Shown here in pieces: positions 8,631 to 18,203 of a stretch of 64,000 bases of DNA. The translations under genes and the position numbers were made by a program. Positions within the stretch are counted from its first letter, which is position 1. The number at the start of each line of letters is the position of its first letter. The stretch is from Thermodesulfobacteriota bacterium. Its GTDB lineage: Bacteria; Desulfobacterota_D; UBA1144; Nemesobacterales; UBA2774. The stretch covers positions 2,592,001-2,656,000 of the forward strand of contig OZ244991.1 in assembly GCA_965223335.1 (NCBI GenBank), in the 5' to 3' direction. A model generated the notes under the pieces. It did not search any database. It worked only from the letters and a program-made list of their open reading frames with translations, and was not told the origin of the DNA.

Positions 8631-11600
8631 TCAAAGCAGGCTTTCGAGTAATTTCTGTCCTTCTATCACATCTCTCATGTTGCTATCACTACTGAACGAA
8701 TTTAGTATCTCAGCAAGCGGCAATTTGCCCGTTTCTGATTTGTTTTGTTTATCCCACAGACGGCATAGTGATAACGTAGTGCGCAATTCCCAGAGCTTTG
8801 CCTGTTGTTTATGTGCAACCTCCAACGATTTCATGAAACACTTTTCTGCTTCATCCTCATCCGACATCTTTATTAGAACCTCACCTTTGTGCCTATATAG
8901 CTCAGCTTCATAGCACCTATCTCCATAGTTATCTACGGCTTTTAATCCATTATTAATATGTTCTAGTGCAACACTTTGCTCGCCACAAAGATCATAAATC
9001 TGGGCAAGCAAACTATAACTAAAAGCCAAGTATAATTTGGTCCCTATAAAGTTGAACATCTCAAAACCTTTATTATAAGTCTCGAGCCCTGCATGTGTAT
9101 CGCCAAGACATGCTTGCGAATATCCGTGAAACATAGTATTGGTCGCTAGAAACAGTGGGAAATCATATGGCTGCTGTTCATCGATTATCTGTTTAGAGTC
9201 TTTATGTAATGATTCAAAATCACCCATAATATATGGCATGAATAACGACACACTTTTTGCAAACACAATATTATAGGGATGCTTGGTCCTATAGGCTATC
9301 TCAATTGATTCCTTACCCCATTCAGCTCCTTTTTCAGGATCACCTAAGATTAAGTGAGACACCATACAAACCGCTAAAGCTGATACTGTTGGGTCTGCAC
9401 CAACTCTCACAATTGGAGGTTCTTTCTGTGAGTCGTAAATTTCACGCAATTTCTCTACATAGTCCAAAGCAATTTTGTGATAGCCCCCGAAGTGATAAGT
9501 TAAACCTGCTGCTTGATATGCTCCAATTAAAAGGAACGGAATACCTTCATTCTCAGCAACTTTGACCAACTGTTGAGCTAGCTCTACAGCTTCACGGGCT
9601 TTTCCGGTGAACGAGTAGTAGAGCCACAAACCATGTAGGATCCGATAGTGCTCGGAACTCTCTATTTTTGTTTCGAGATTCTGTCGTATTTCATTAGCTA
9701 TTGAATATTGATTTTCTATTTCCTCCGAGGCATAACCCCTTATATCAATCAGAGCTCCCCCTAAAGAGGTTCGATATGCTATTTCTTGGAATGCCTTTTC
9801 GTCCGACTCAGGAAAGAAGCTCAATAGATCTAGCCCCTTGTTATAATGTGTAATTCCTTCAGTGTAAGCCGCAGATTCAATTGATTTCTGTCCTGCTTTC
9901 TGCCAATACTCAACTGCCTTGTTCATTATCCCGGCTTCTGTGTATTGGTGGGCAACAAGCTCGGGTCTGCTCTCTACTTGATCAGGAAATTTACTCTCGA
10001 GAACCTCTGCTATAGACCGATGATAATCCTTTCTCTTGCTCCTCAAAATTGATTCATACGCTGCGTCCCGAATAAGAGCGTGTTTAAACTCATAGTTCAC
10101 ATATAAAGGCATGTCGTATCTGTATAGCAAGCCTGCATCTACTAGCTTACTCAGTTTGTTTTGCAATGTTTGGGCATCTGATTCATATACCTCATTTATC
10201 AGCTCATACGAAAACTCTCGACCTATCGACGATCCCAGTTGGGCTACATCTTTAGCGGCCGATTGATTATCTATTCTCTGCATCAGCAAATCTTTTAGAG
10301 TCAGAGGCAAGTGTATTGTGTCTATGTGTTCTGCGATATCGTATCTATCCTCGAACTCTTGAACCACTCCCGATTCCACTAGGGTGTTTGTCAACTCCTC
10401 TATATATAGCGGCACACCATCCGACTTATCTATGAGCATTTTCATAATCTCATCCGGAAAGTCTTTATCGTTTAGAGCAGTACGTACCATCTGCTCTGAT
10501 TGATGATCCTGAAATCGTTCGAGTATTAGATCAGTGATAGAGCCTTCAGGTTCCCAGTCAGGTTCAGTCTCAGTACGTGTACTATAAAGAATCATTGCAG
10601 GGTAAGAATCCTCGGCACTTATTAACAAATTCAGGAATTCCAACGTGGATGGGTCAGCCCAGTGAATATCCTCAACAATAAACAGCAACCTCTCTTTGCC
10701 GGCAACTCTCTTAAGCAAATCGCTCAAAACCTCAAATGTCTTTTTTCTTTGCCGAACAGGGCTCAAGGCCAATGGTGGGTACTTTTCCGATGGTGCAACA
10801 GATAAAAGGGAGGTAAATAGTGGCACAGCTTCACTTAGATCAAACTCATATAGATCCAAGAAATTTTCCATCTTTGTAAGCTTCGTAGTATCTTCATCCG
10901 AGTTAGTAAACTCCAAATATTGTTCGAAGTAATTAATCACTGGGTAAAGAGAGCTGTTTTGAAAATAGGGTGAACACTGCAGCCCTACAATTCTAATTCC
11001 ATCCGATAATACCCTGTCTTTAAGTTCACGAATCAGCCGCGACTTACCAATCCCCACCTCCCCTTTTAACGACACTACGCGCTTTTTCCCACTTTCTACC
11101 AACCGCCACTCATCCAATAAGTTGTTTAACTGTGCATCCCTGCCTACAAACGGACTGAGTCCCTTGATCGCTTTAGCCTCAAACCTGTCAGGTGCACCAC
11201 TCAAGCTATCTACTTGATATAGCACAATAGGATCCCTAAGCCCCTTAAACTCATGAGAACCCAACGAGCTGACCTCGAAATATCCCTCGACAATCTTGAG
11301 AGTATCCGAACTTATAACAACTGTATTTGGTTCACTAACCTGTTGTAACCTAGAAGCTATATTTGGGGTATCGCCAAGAGCTAAATGCTCACTCTTTCCC
11401 CTCTTACCAACCTCCCCTACCATTACAGGACCACTGTGTATCCCTATTCGAATCTCAAGTGGTGTATGCTCAAGCATCTCAACACTATTCGACAACTGAG
11501 AACTTAGAATTCCGATCTCTTTTATTATTTCCTCAGCGGCATAGATTGCCCTTTGTGCATCATCCTCATGTGCCTTTGGATAACCATAATAAACCACTAT

Positions 11601-11891
11601 ACCGTCACCAAGGTACTGAGCAATGTGGCCATCGAACCGTTGTATAACCCGTGCAGTCATCTCTTGATACTTCCGGATCAGGTCGTGGAACTGTTCCGGG
11701 TCCATACCCGTGGATATCTGGGTCGAGTTCACCAAATCACAAAACATCACTGTTATCTGACGGCGCTCCGACTCTCTTGCGGAATGGTCATCTGGAACAA
11801 CGGATTGATCTGTTAAAGAGAGTCCACATTCCCCGCAATACTTAAATCCCGCAGGATTCTCAAACCTGCATCTTGGACACCGCATCTCCAC
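8631..11891 (-). CDS. Zinc ribbon-class III nucleotide cyclase-STAND (AAA_16) ATPase-TPR protein
   Basis: CPRC/CGEC; ERRQITVMFCDLV; YLGDG; RIGIHSG; GDTPNIASRLQ; Walker A GEVGIGKS; Walker B IVEDIHWAD; GVPLYIEE; FKHALIRDAAY; helical repeats. Confidence 0.93.
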   Translation of the reverse strand: MEMRCPRCRFENPAGFKYCGECGLSLTDQSVVPDDHSARESERRQITVMFCDLVNSTQISTGMDPEQFHDLIRKYQEMTARVIQRFDGHIAQYLGDGIVVYYGYPKAHEDDAQRAIYAAEEIIKEIGILSSQLSNSVEMLEHTPLEIRIGIHSGPVMVGEVGKRGKSEHLALGDTPNIASRLQQVSEPNTVVISSDTLKIVEGYFEVSSLGSHEFKGLRDPIVLYQVDSLSGAPDRFEAKAIKGLSPFVGRDAQLNNLLDEWRLVESGKKRVVSLKGEVGIGKSRLIRELKDRVLSDGIRIVGLQCSPYFQNSSLYPVINYFEQYLEFTNSDEDTTKLTKMENFLDLYEFDLSEAVPLFTSLLSVAPSEKYPPLALSPVRQRKKTFEVLSDLLKRVAGKERLLFIVEDIHWADPSTLEFLNLLISAEDSYPAMILYSTRTETEPDWEPEGSITDLILERFQDHQSEQMVRTALNDKDFPDEIMKMLIDKSDGVPLYIEELTNTLVESGVVQEFEDRYDIAEHIDTIHLPLTLKDLLMQRIDNQSAAKDVAQLGSSIGREFSYELINEVYESDAQTLQNKLSKLVDAGLLYRYDMPLYVNYEFKHALIRDAAYESILRSKRKDYHRSIAEVLESKFPDQVESRPELVAHQYTEAGIMNKAVEYWQKAGQKSIESAAYTEGITHYNKGLDLLSFFPESDEKAFQEIAYRTSLGGALIDIRGYASEEIENQYSIANEIRQNLETKIESSEHYRILHGLWLYYSFTGKAREAVELAQQLVKVAENEGIPFLLIGAYQAAGLTYHFGGYHKIALDYVEKLREIYDSQKEPPIVRVGADPTVSALAVCMVSHLILGDPEKGAEWGKESIEIAYRTKHPYNIVFAKSVSLFMPYIMGDFESLHKDSKQIIDEQQPYDFPLFLATNTMFHGYSQACLGDTHAGLETYNKGFEMFNFIGTKLYLAFSYSLLAQIYDLCGEQSVALEHINNGLKAVDNYGDRCYEAELYRHKGEVLIKMSDEDEAEKCFMKSLEVAHKQQAKLWELRTTLSLCRLWDKQNKSETGKLPLAEILNSFSSDSNMRDVIEGQKLLESLL

Positions 11892-12140
11892 ACCCCTAAC
11901 TAGAAATGATTACAAACCCATTATAGTTAACTAAATTTAAAATAACAAGATATACATTTAATACTAGATATAGATAAATGTAGTTTGATCTGCGAAACAC
12001 CTTTACTACATTTACTTAAGATGCATAGATGAAAATATAGTTGAAGTAGACAAGAACATTTAGTTCAGAGATATTGTTTGAGCGAAATACAACCCTAGAA
12101 ATACAAGCGAATTTATTAGTCTATTATAGTTTGTAAAATA

Positions 12141-12219
12141 TGGGGTGGGTGACCGGACTTGAACCGGCGGCCTCTGGGGCCACAACCCAGTGCTCTAACC
12201 AGGCTGAGCTACACCCACC
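12141..12219 (-). tRNA. tRNA-His(GTG), with encoded G-1 and CCA
   Basis: GGTGGGTGTAGCTCAGCCTGGTTAGAGCACTGGGTTGTGGCCCCAGAGGCCGCCGGTTCAAGTCCGGTCACCCACCCCA folds to a cloverleaf. Confidence 0.97.
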
Positions 12220-12514
12220 ATTGAACTTTCGCTTAAGATAGGAGAACAAATATTACCATCTTAGTAGATCAGAAACAAATATTTTCACAGCCATTCCGTC
12301 TTTACCCCAAGCAACATCATTAAATGTGATATTAGTTCAACTTATGATATATAACCCTACTATTTTTATAGTGTTTTTTTTAGAAAGTTAAAAATACCCT
12401 TTTCAACATCCAGAAATTATGCAAGAATATATGTAGAGGTTTCAAATTATTGGTTCTAGATCTATACAATCATTTTGTATCTAGACATTAATAAATTGAG
12501 AGTGGGAATACAGA

Positions 12515-13051
12515 ATGCATATTCACAATGATTTTTCACCTACACAACGGGCCAGATATTACCCTTCTACACGTTGCCTGGAGTTAATAGGAAATAAGGG
12601 TATTGAAGCGGAACTGATCTGCCATCCATTGAGTGAGAGTTCCAACCCTAATAGCAAAACATCTGAAGATGATAGAAAGCGCACCGGCACAATCACAAGG
12701 ATACTACTGGTAGAAGATGATCCTGGTATTGCCAAACTGCTAAGAGTCGTATTGGAACAAAACGGTTACGAGGTCATCTGCCTTGGGGATGCCGACGAGG
12801 CCAATAGTCTCATATCCAAAGAAGAGTTTGACCTCATTGTGACCGATATTCAGCTACCATCTACTTTAAATGGTATAGAGCTAAGCTTAAATGCCAAGAA
12901 ATTAAACCCGAATCAAAAAATAATACTGATCTCGGGATTAACCAGCCAGACCGAGGTCGAGAAACACCAAGAACTTCGCTCTAGCGACGTAGCCTTCTTT
13001 GCAAAACCCTTTACATTCACCGATGTCGTAGACCACATCAACAAACTTTAA
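12515..13051 (+). CDS. Orphan response-regulator receiver protein (start uncertain)
   Basis: ILLVEDD, DLIVTDIQLP, ISG, KPF. Confidence 0.8.
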   Translation: MHIHNDFSPTQRARYYPSTRCLELIGNKGIEAELICHPLSESSNPNSKTSEDDRKRTGTITRILLVEDDPGIAKLLRVVLEQNGYEVICLGDADEANSLISKEEFDLIVTDIQLPSTLNGIELSLNAKKLNPNQKIILISGLTSQTEVEKHQELRSSDVAFFAKPFTFTDVVDHINKL

Positions 13052-13182
13052 TAAATTCAACTGCATTATAGATCACCCAAACCTTAATCCCATTTCCGTA
13101 TATCGTTTTTCCATCCGCTATTAATATCGAACCATTTTGAATCCTGTAGTTACTTACCTGATAAAGATCAGGAGGTAGCATC

Positions 13183-13833
13183 ATGGATTGTAAATCAAAC
13201 AAATCGGTAAGAGTTAACAAACCTGTATCATTTTTAATCTTTTTTGCCATATTTACGGCAATCCTCATATCGCTAGGTTCCCAAGCCTCTCATGCCGAGA
13301 TCACTCGCGGTTGTGAGGGGAATTTTATACTGGAGATTGTCAACCGCTCAGGCGATACACTCAAAAACCTAGATCAGTTTGAAGGACGTGGTGCATGTAA
13401 GAACACCGCCCACGCCAATACATGCCGTAAACGTGCAATGGACAATATCTTTCGTTGCGCCAACGACATATGGACCTATCGCTGGAACCTAATCGGTGAT
13501 CCCAAGGATAACAATACAGATATGATATTGCCGGCTATATGCAGGGGCGACAAAACAGGTGCCAGGAAAGTGGGATTCAAGACAAACCCTCACGGTAAAG
13601 GCACAGACATCAAACACGCCATGGAGTACTACGCATGCTGTAAAATGCAGCCGGGTGCTGGCACACTTATTCTAAAACTTGATGTCGTATCTACCGGCGA
13701 CAAAGGTTGTGGCAAAAACTACAACAAACTAGGGCGGTTCTATCATGAAAGAAGAACGCTCATAGATGATTACAAAGCCAGTTGCCCTGCAGTAATTAAA
13801 AGCGGCATTTGCGCAGTACGCACAGGTGGATAA
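13183..13833 (+). CDS. Secreted cysteine-rich hypothetical protein
   Basis: RBS AGGAGG; signal peptide ending ASHA; about 10 Cys in the mature part. Confidence 0.75.
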   Translation: MDCKSNKSVRVNKPVSFLIFFAIFTAILISLGSQASHAEITRGCEGNFILEIVNRSGDTLKNLDQFEGRGACKNTAHANTCRKRAMDNIFRCANDIWTYRWNLIGDPKDNNTDMILPAICRGDKTGARKVGFKTNPHGKGTDIKHAMEYYACCKMQPGAGTLILKLDVVSTGDKGCGKNYNKLGRFYHERRTLIDDYKASCPAVIKSGICAVRTGG

Positions 13834-13979
13834 TACGAAACTGCATCAACAACATAAAATAAAACACCCAGGGTGCGTAAATAATAATTCATGCGCCCTG
13901 GATATTAATCAGTGAGTAGACACTAAATGGTAAATGAGAGTTTAGATATTAGAATGTGAATATTGTGTTTAATAATAAA

Positions 13980-14056
<77 letters not shown>

Positions 14057-14364
14057 ATATACTCAAAGAATTCAACAGTTGAAACACCTTAATGACACCT
14101 AAAAGGAACGTAAATATTACCTAAACGGCCCCCTACTAGCAACTCCATATTGTTTGTATACATTGGTAAATATTCGCTCTGCCACTAAAACTATATTGAC
14201 TTTGAACCGCCGAATTTTTATAATATAAATAGAGGTGAGAACATGGCAAAAGGAGCGGATAGTCCACCAGACAATTAATGCTTCATTTTGGATGTTTTTC
14301 AAATCTGCGGTGATTTATGACCGCACTAAAATAGCTGATCGCTATTAAAATAAACGAAAACAAC

Positions 14365-14390
14365 AAAGGGAGCTCAGTGAGCTCCCTTTT
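14365..14390. terminator. Bidirectional intrinsic terminator-like hairpin
   Basis: AAAGGGAGCTCA-G-TGAGCTCCCTTT(T), perfect 12-bp inverted repeat. Confidence 0.7.
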
Positions 14391-14520
14391 CATATTTTAT
14401 AGTTCTTTCACTCTACAATTAAAATATTCAAACACTAGTAAGTTGTATTCTTCCTACCAAATTTACTCAATTGAGACACCTTAATGGACTATCTTTAATC
14501 TTATAGTTATCATCTAAAAT

Positions 14521-15234
14521 ATGCATAAATCAACCGAGGTTGAGATTCAAAAGCAATATTATTTGGACACCGCAAACACATACGATAGCGCCCATTTAAA
14601 TCAACAAGACGAACACTACTTTGCTCTGTCTATAATGTTGGGAGCCCTTGACTACATAGGTGTTAATTCAATTCTCGACATAGGATCAGGAACCGGTCGG
14701 GCACTAGTCTACTTAATGCAAAATAAGCCAGAGCTTGAAACATTGGGTATCGAACCAGTAAAGGAGCTACGTGAAATAGGTTACTCCAAAGGCATCTCAC
14801 CTAATCGACTAATCGAAGGAGATGCTACAGATCTCGCCTTCGAAGACAACCAATTTGATCTTGTGTGCGAGTTCGGGGTGCTCCATCATATCAAAAACTC
14901 AGACATTGCAGTTTCCGAGATGTTAAGAGTTGCAAAGAAAGCAGTATTCATATCCGATTCCAATAATTTCGGCCAAGGTTCCAAAATTATAAGATTTATC
15001 AAACAATCACTCAATCTTATAGGTTTATGGCCTATTGCCGACTACATTAAAACACGTGGCAAAGGTTACACAATCTCAGAAGGTGACGGTTTATCCTATT
15101 CATATTCTGTATTTAACGACTTACCCATAATAAAACAGCACTGTAAGTCCGTTCATTTATTCAACACAAAAGGATCAGGCAGTAGCAACTTGTATAGAAC
15201 TGCCGGCCACGTAGCTATATTGGGCATCAAATAA
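14521..15234 (+). CDS. Class I SAM-dependent methyltransferase
   Basis: ILDIGSGTG, GDATDL, FDLV, LHHI. Confidence 0.9.
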   Translation: MHKSTEVEIQKQYYLDTANTYDSAHLNQQDEHYFALSIMLGALDYIGVNSILDIGSGTGRALVYLMQNKPELETLGIEPVKELREIGYSKGISPNRLIEGDATDLAFEDNQFDLVCEFGVLHHIKNSDIAVSEMLRVAKKAVFISDSNNFGQGSKIIRFIKQSLNLIGLWPIADYIKTRGKGYTISEGDGLSYSYSVFNDLPIIKQHCKSVHLFNTKGSGSSNLYRTAGHVAILGIK

Positions 15235-15362
15235 CCATCAAGAATCAATAAATTTTGAATTCTTACAACAAGATGGCGTGTCTAACCGAGACGACATACC
15301 CCCCGTTCATTACACTTTTATTGAAAGGTACTAATAATGATGTAATAATTTGAGTCCTATAG

Positions 15363-15833
15363 ATGCAAGAAACTAAATCCTTCCCCAACGACAATAACGA
15401 AACCCTTAAATCGGTCCAAAGAAGTTTCCGCAATACCCTCCTTGGCTACCTGTTTATATACCCTCGCGAGCGCTACATCAGGGCATCGGAGCTGATCGGT
15501 GTAGATACAGATTTGCGTGCTAAAATTGAGGGCATTGAAAGCGTTGATCCCGATATATTGGGCGGGGCATATGATCTGATTGCAGCTTATTATCGCTACT
15601 CTACTGACCAAGGCGGGCAGATACCTCTTTTTATAGAGGGCGAGAGTTACGAAGAAGACCTGGTGGAAAGCTGGTGCGAGCATTTTCACCGCGAAGCCAA
15701 ACGCCTAGCCGACAACGACCCCATTGCAAAATCCATACTCGGAGCCGTGGCCTACAGAGACACAGATAAAGGTGCTGAAGCCAAAAACCACCTCAGTGAT
15801 TTGCTAGAGGACTGGTACGGGGATATGCGATAG
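15363..15833 (+). CDS. Hypothetical protein
   Basis: 156-aa ORF with normal globular composition. Confidence 0.65.
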   Translation: MQETKSFPNDNNETLKSVQRSFRNTLLGYLFIYPRERYIRASELIGVDTDLRAKIEGIESVDPDILGGAYDLIAAYYRYSTDQGGQIPLFIEGESYEEDLVESWCEHFHREAKRLADNDPIAKSILGAVAYRDTDKGAEAKNHLSDLLEDWYGDMR

Positions 15834-15939
15834 CACCCTATTGCAGCAATTCATAAATTTGCCCATTCCCAAAATAACAGTTGTTTCCCGATATTTTATG
15901 GTTAATCTTTAATTCATAAACAGTTAATGGAGATAAACC

Positions 15940-16413
15940 ATGAAAAAAACTACAACCATTACTATAACGGTACTAACTATAGTTGGATTAATAACCTTAG
16001 TTCCCGTATCCGAATCATTCAGCCTCGATACACCAACTGTCCAAATTGAACAGGGGGAAGAGCCCCTTGACCCAGCAAATGAGAGCCTAAACGAAGTATC
16101 CGAACCTGCTGGGGAACTCTCGGAGGAACCGGATAATGTAGCCCCGGAAACACTAAATGAGGTATCGGAACCCATAGGAGAAGAGGCCGAGAACGTAGGC
16201 CAAGATGTTGTGGCACCCGAGACTCTTGGGGAAGCATCCGAGACAGCCGATCAAGCCACTGAACCCCTCCAAGAAGATTCAGAAACAGTAGAACAAGCTA
16301 CAGAGGACCTGCCATCTCCACCGCTTGACGAAGAGACAGGATTTGAGAACGAGGAACCCGGACAATTGCCCCTTGGAGACCGCGAGGCCGAGGGACGCCC
16401 GATCGGGGAGTAA
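15940..16413 (+). CDS. Secreted acidic low-complexity protein with internal repeats
   Basis: Signal peptide; repeats of (VAP)E(S/T)L(N/G)E(V/A)SE; RBS GGAG. Confidence 0.7.
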   Translation: MKKTTTITITVLTIVGLITLVPVSESFSLDTPTVQIEQGEEPLDPANESLNEVSEPAGELSEEPDNVAPETLNEVSEPIGEEAENVGQDVVAPETLGEASETADQATEPLQEDSETVEQATEDLPSPPLDEETGFENEEPGQLPLGDREAEGRPIGE

Positions 16414-16483
16414 TCCTTACTCGGTGCATATCTAATGTATATGTGAATCAGAGTGGGTTTGATCTAAACTACCATGCCTAGGG

Positions 16484-16960
16484 CTACATACCCTGTTTAG
16501 CCCGTCTTTTGGCCCTTCTTTTGATTTTAGCCCCTATCTCGTGCCACTTTTTATCGTCGTTGGTCTTAACAATCAAGCCCGGCACAGTGCTCGGCACCCC
16601 GTCACCGTCAATAGCCACCATCGTAGCATAACCCCTGCACGTAAACTCCTTTTCCGAGCGGTACTTACCGACCCTAAATACATCGACCTTCACCACCATT
16701 GACGTGCGCGATGTATAGATGACTTTTGCCCGGAACTCAGCCATGTCCCCCTGTTTAATGGGCCTCTTAAAATCCACAGCCTCAAACGAAGCGGTCACAG
16801 CGTCTTTGTTGCAGAACTGCATGGCGGCAAGCCCGCCCGTCATGTCCATGAGCTCCAATATCCGCCCGCCGAATATTGTACCTAAGTGGTTGGTATGATT
16901 GGGAAACACAAGCTCTGTGCTAACTACCTCTACAGCTTCTTTTTTGATTTCGCTGTTCAT
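16484..16960 (-). CDS. Acyl-CoA thioesterase (hotdog, YciA-like)
   Basis: VFPNHTNHLGTIFGG..MD, VTAS. Confidence 0.9.
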   Translation of the reverse strand: MNSEIKKEAVEVVSTELVFPNHTNHLGTIFGGRILELMDMTGGLAAMQFCNKDAVTASFEAVDFKRPIKQGDMAEFRAKVIYTSRTSMVVKVDVFRVGKYRSEKEFTCRGYATMVAIDGDGVPSTVPGLIVKTNDDKKWHEIGAKIKRRAKRRAKQGM

Positions 16961-17054
16961 AATATGTGTAGCCCGAAATGGTGAGTCGCACGACCTATTG
17001 GGTTAAGTTGGTTGTTTTAATGAAGATCGTGGACAAGCTTCTATACGCTGCATC

Positions 17055-17130
17055 TGGTCGGGGTGAGAGGATTTGAACCTCCGACCTCGGCGTCCCAAGC
17101 GCCGCGCGCTCCCACCTGCGCTACACCCCG
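17055..17130 (-). tRNA. tRNA-Pro(TGG)
   Basis: CGGGGTG...anticodon arm CGGCG-CTTGGGA-CGCCG...GGTTCAAATCC..CACCCCGACCA. Confidence 0.95.
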
Positions 17131-17231
17131 ACTGACGAGTACAAGATTATACCTATGGCGATTAAAACGGCAAGTTGTCTTAAATTAGACTAATGGGATT
17201 CGGGATAGTAGTAATTATTCTCTATAAAACA

Positions 17232-17531
17232 CTATCCCAGGTACTTATCATAGACCTCTTTAGCCCAGAAAATCTCTGTGCCCGATGCCAATAGTGCGGT
17301 CTGCATAATGGTCTCGGCAATCTCTTGTTTGCTTATTTTAAGTGCAAGGGCCTTCTTAATCCTCGACTCTGTACAGTGTGGGCAGCGTCCATGTACAGCC
17401 ACTGCAATTGCTATAAGTGCTTTTGTTTTAGAGTCAAGTACAGTCTCTCCCTCTACAGCTTTATAAAAACTCCACCAGCCCTCTGCCATTTGCGGGGCGT
17501 GTTTTTCAAACCATCTTTCATTATCGGCCAT
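17232..17531 (-). CDS. Carboxymuconolactone decarboxylase/AhpD-like protein
   Basis: LDSKTKALIAIAVA, CPHC. Confidence 0.85.
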   Translation of the reverse strand: MADNERWFEKHAPQMAEGWWSFYKAVEGETVLDSKTKALIAIAVAVHGRCPHCTESRIKKALALKISKQEIAETIMQTALLASGTEIFWAKEVYDKYLG

Positions 17532-17592
17532 AACATAAACCTCCTTTTTTATGTAGTTTTATATTCAGTATGGTCACATTCAAGGACTGAGC

Positions 17593-18129
17593 TCAAGCAA
17601 TGTTCTTTATGTATTTGTCTCTACCAGAACCCATTTTATAAGATGCATAACCCAGCGGGTTCTTCTCATAAAAGTTCTGATGGTAATCCTCGGCATTGTA
17701 AAATTTCATCACAGGCCGTATCTCTGTGACTATGGGTTTGGGGTATTTGTTAGATGCCCCAAGCTTCTGCTTAGATTCATCTGCGATCTTTTTCTGCTCA
17801 TCGTTATGATAGAAGATGGCAGTTCTGTAGTGCCTACCCCTATCTATAAATTGGCCACCGGGGTCTGTGGGGTCGACGTTGAGCCAAAACACATCAAGCA
17901 GTTTTTCGTAAGAGATCTGCGAGGGGTCAAATACTATTTCGACCGACTCCAAATGGTTCGTACGCCCCATACACACACTGTCATACGAGGGGTTTTCCTC
18001 CTCGCCCCCTGTGTAGCCCACAGTGGTTGATATCACTCCCCCGAGCCTATCAAACGGCGGCTGCATACACCAGAAACACCCCCCGCTGAAAGTTGCTTTT
18101 TCATACCCTTTAGCATCGATATCAGTCAT
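17593..18129 (-). CDS. msrA: Peptide-methionine (S)-S-oxide reductase
   Basis: GGCFWC, GYTGG, AEDYHQ. Confidence 0.95.
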   Translation of the reverse strand: MTDIDAKGYEKATFSGGCFWCMQPPFDRLGGVISTTVGYTGGEEENPSYDSVCMGRTNHLESVEIVFDPSQISYEKLLDVFWLNVDPTDPGGQFIDRGRHYRTAIFYHNDEQKKIADESKQKLGASNKYPKPIVTEIRPVMKFYNAEDYHQNFYEKNPLGYASYKMGSGRDKYIKNIA

Positions 18130-18203
18130 TATTTACACCGCCCATAACATACCATATTAGCCCGCAAAGTGATAATAATCACAGGATGAAAAATATTGCT
18201 AAA

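Larger units (their letters stand above)
3486..12160. mobile_element. Genomic island integrated at tRNA-His 3' end (no intact integrase inside)
   Basis: Flanking 24-bp direct repeats; identity begins in the T-loop; accessory gene content; AT-rich by eye. Confidence 0.8.

Noticed and set aside
8631..11891. Calling the STAND protein an Avs/NLR anti-phage system
   Set aside because: The effector domain is a class III cyclase and no cell-killing effector is adjacent; a signalling role is more parsimonious, though defence is not excluded.
13868..13901. GCGCCCTGGA as a displaced tRNA-Arg 3' end (att)
   Set aside because: The match is too short and is better explained as one arm of a terminator-like hairpin.
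17055..17130. Reading the tRNA-Pro anticodon as GGG
   Set aside because: Stem pairing CGGCG/CGCCG gives the loop CTTGGGA, so the anticodon is TGG.
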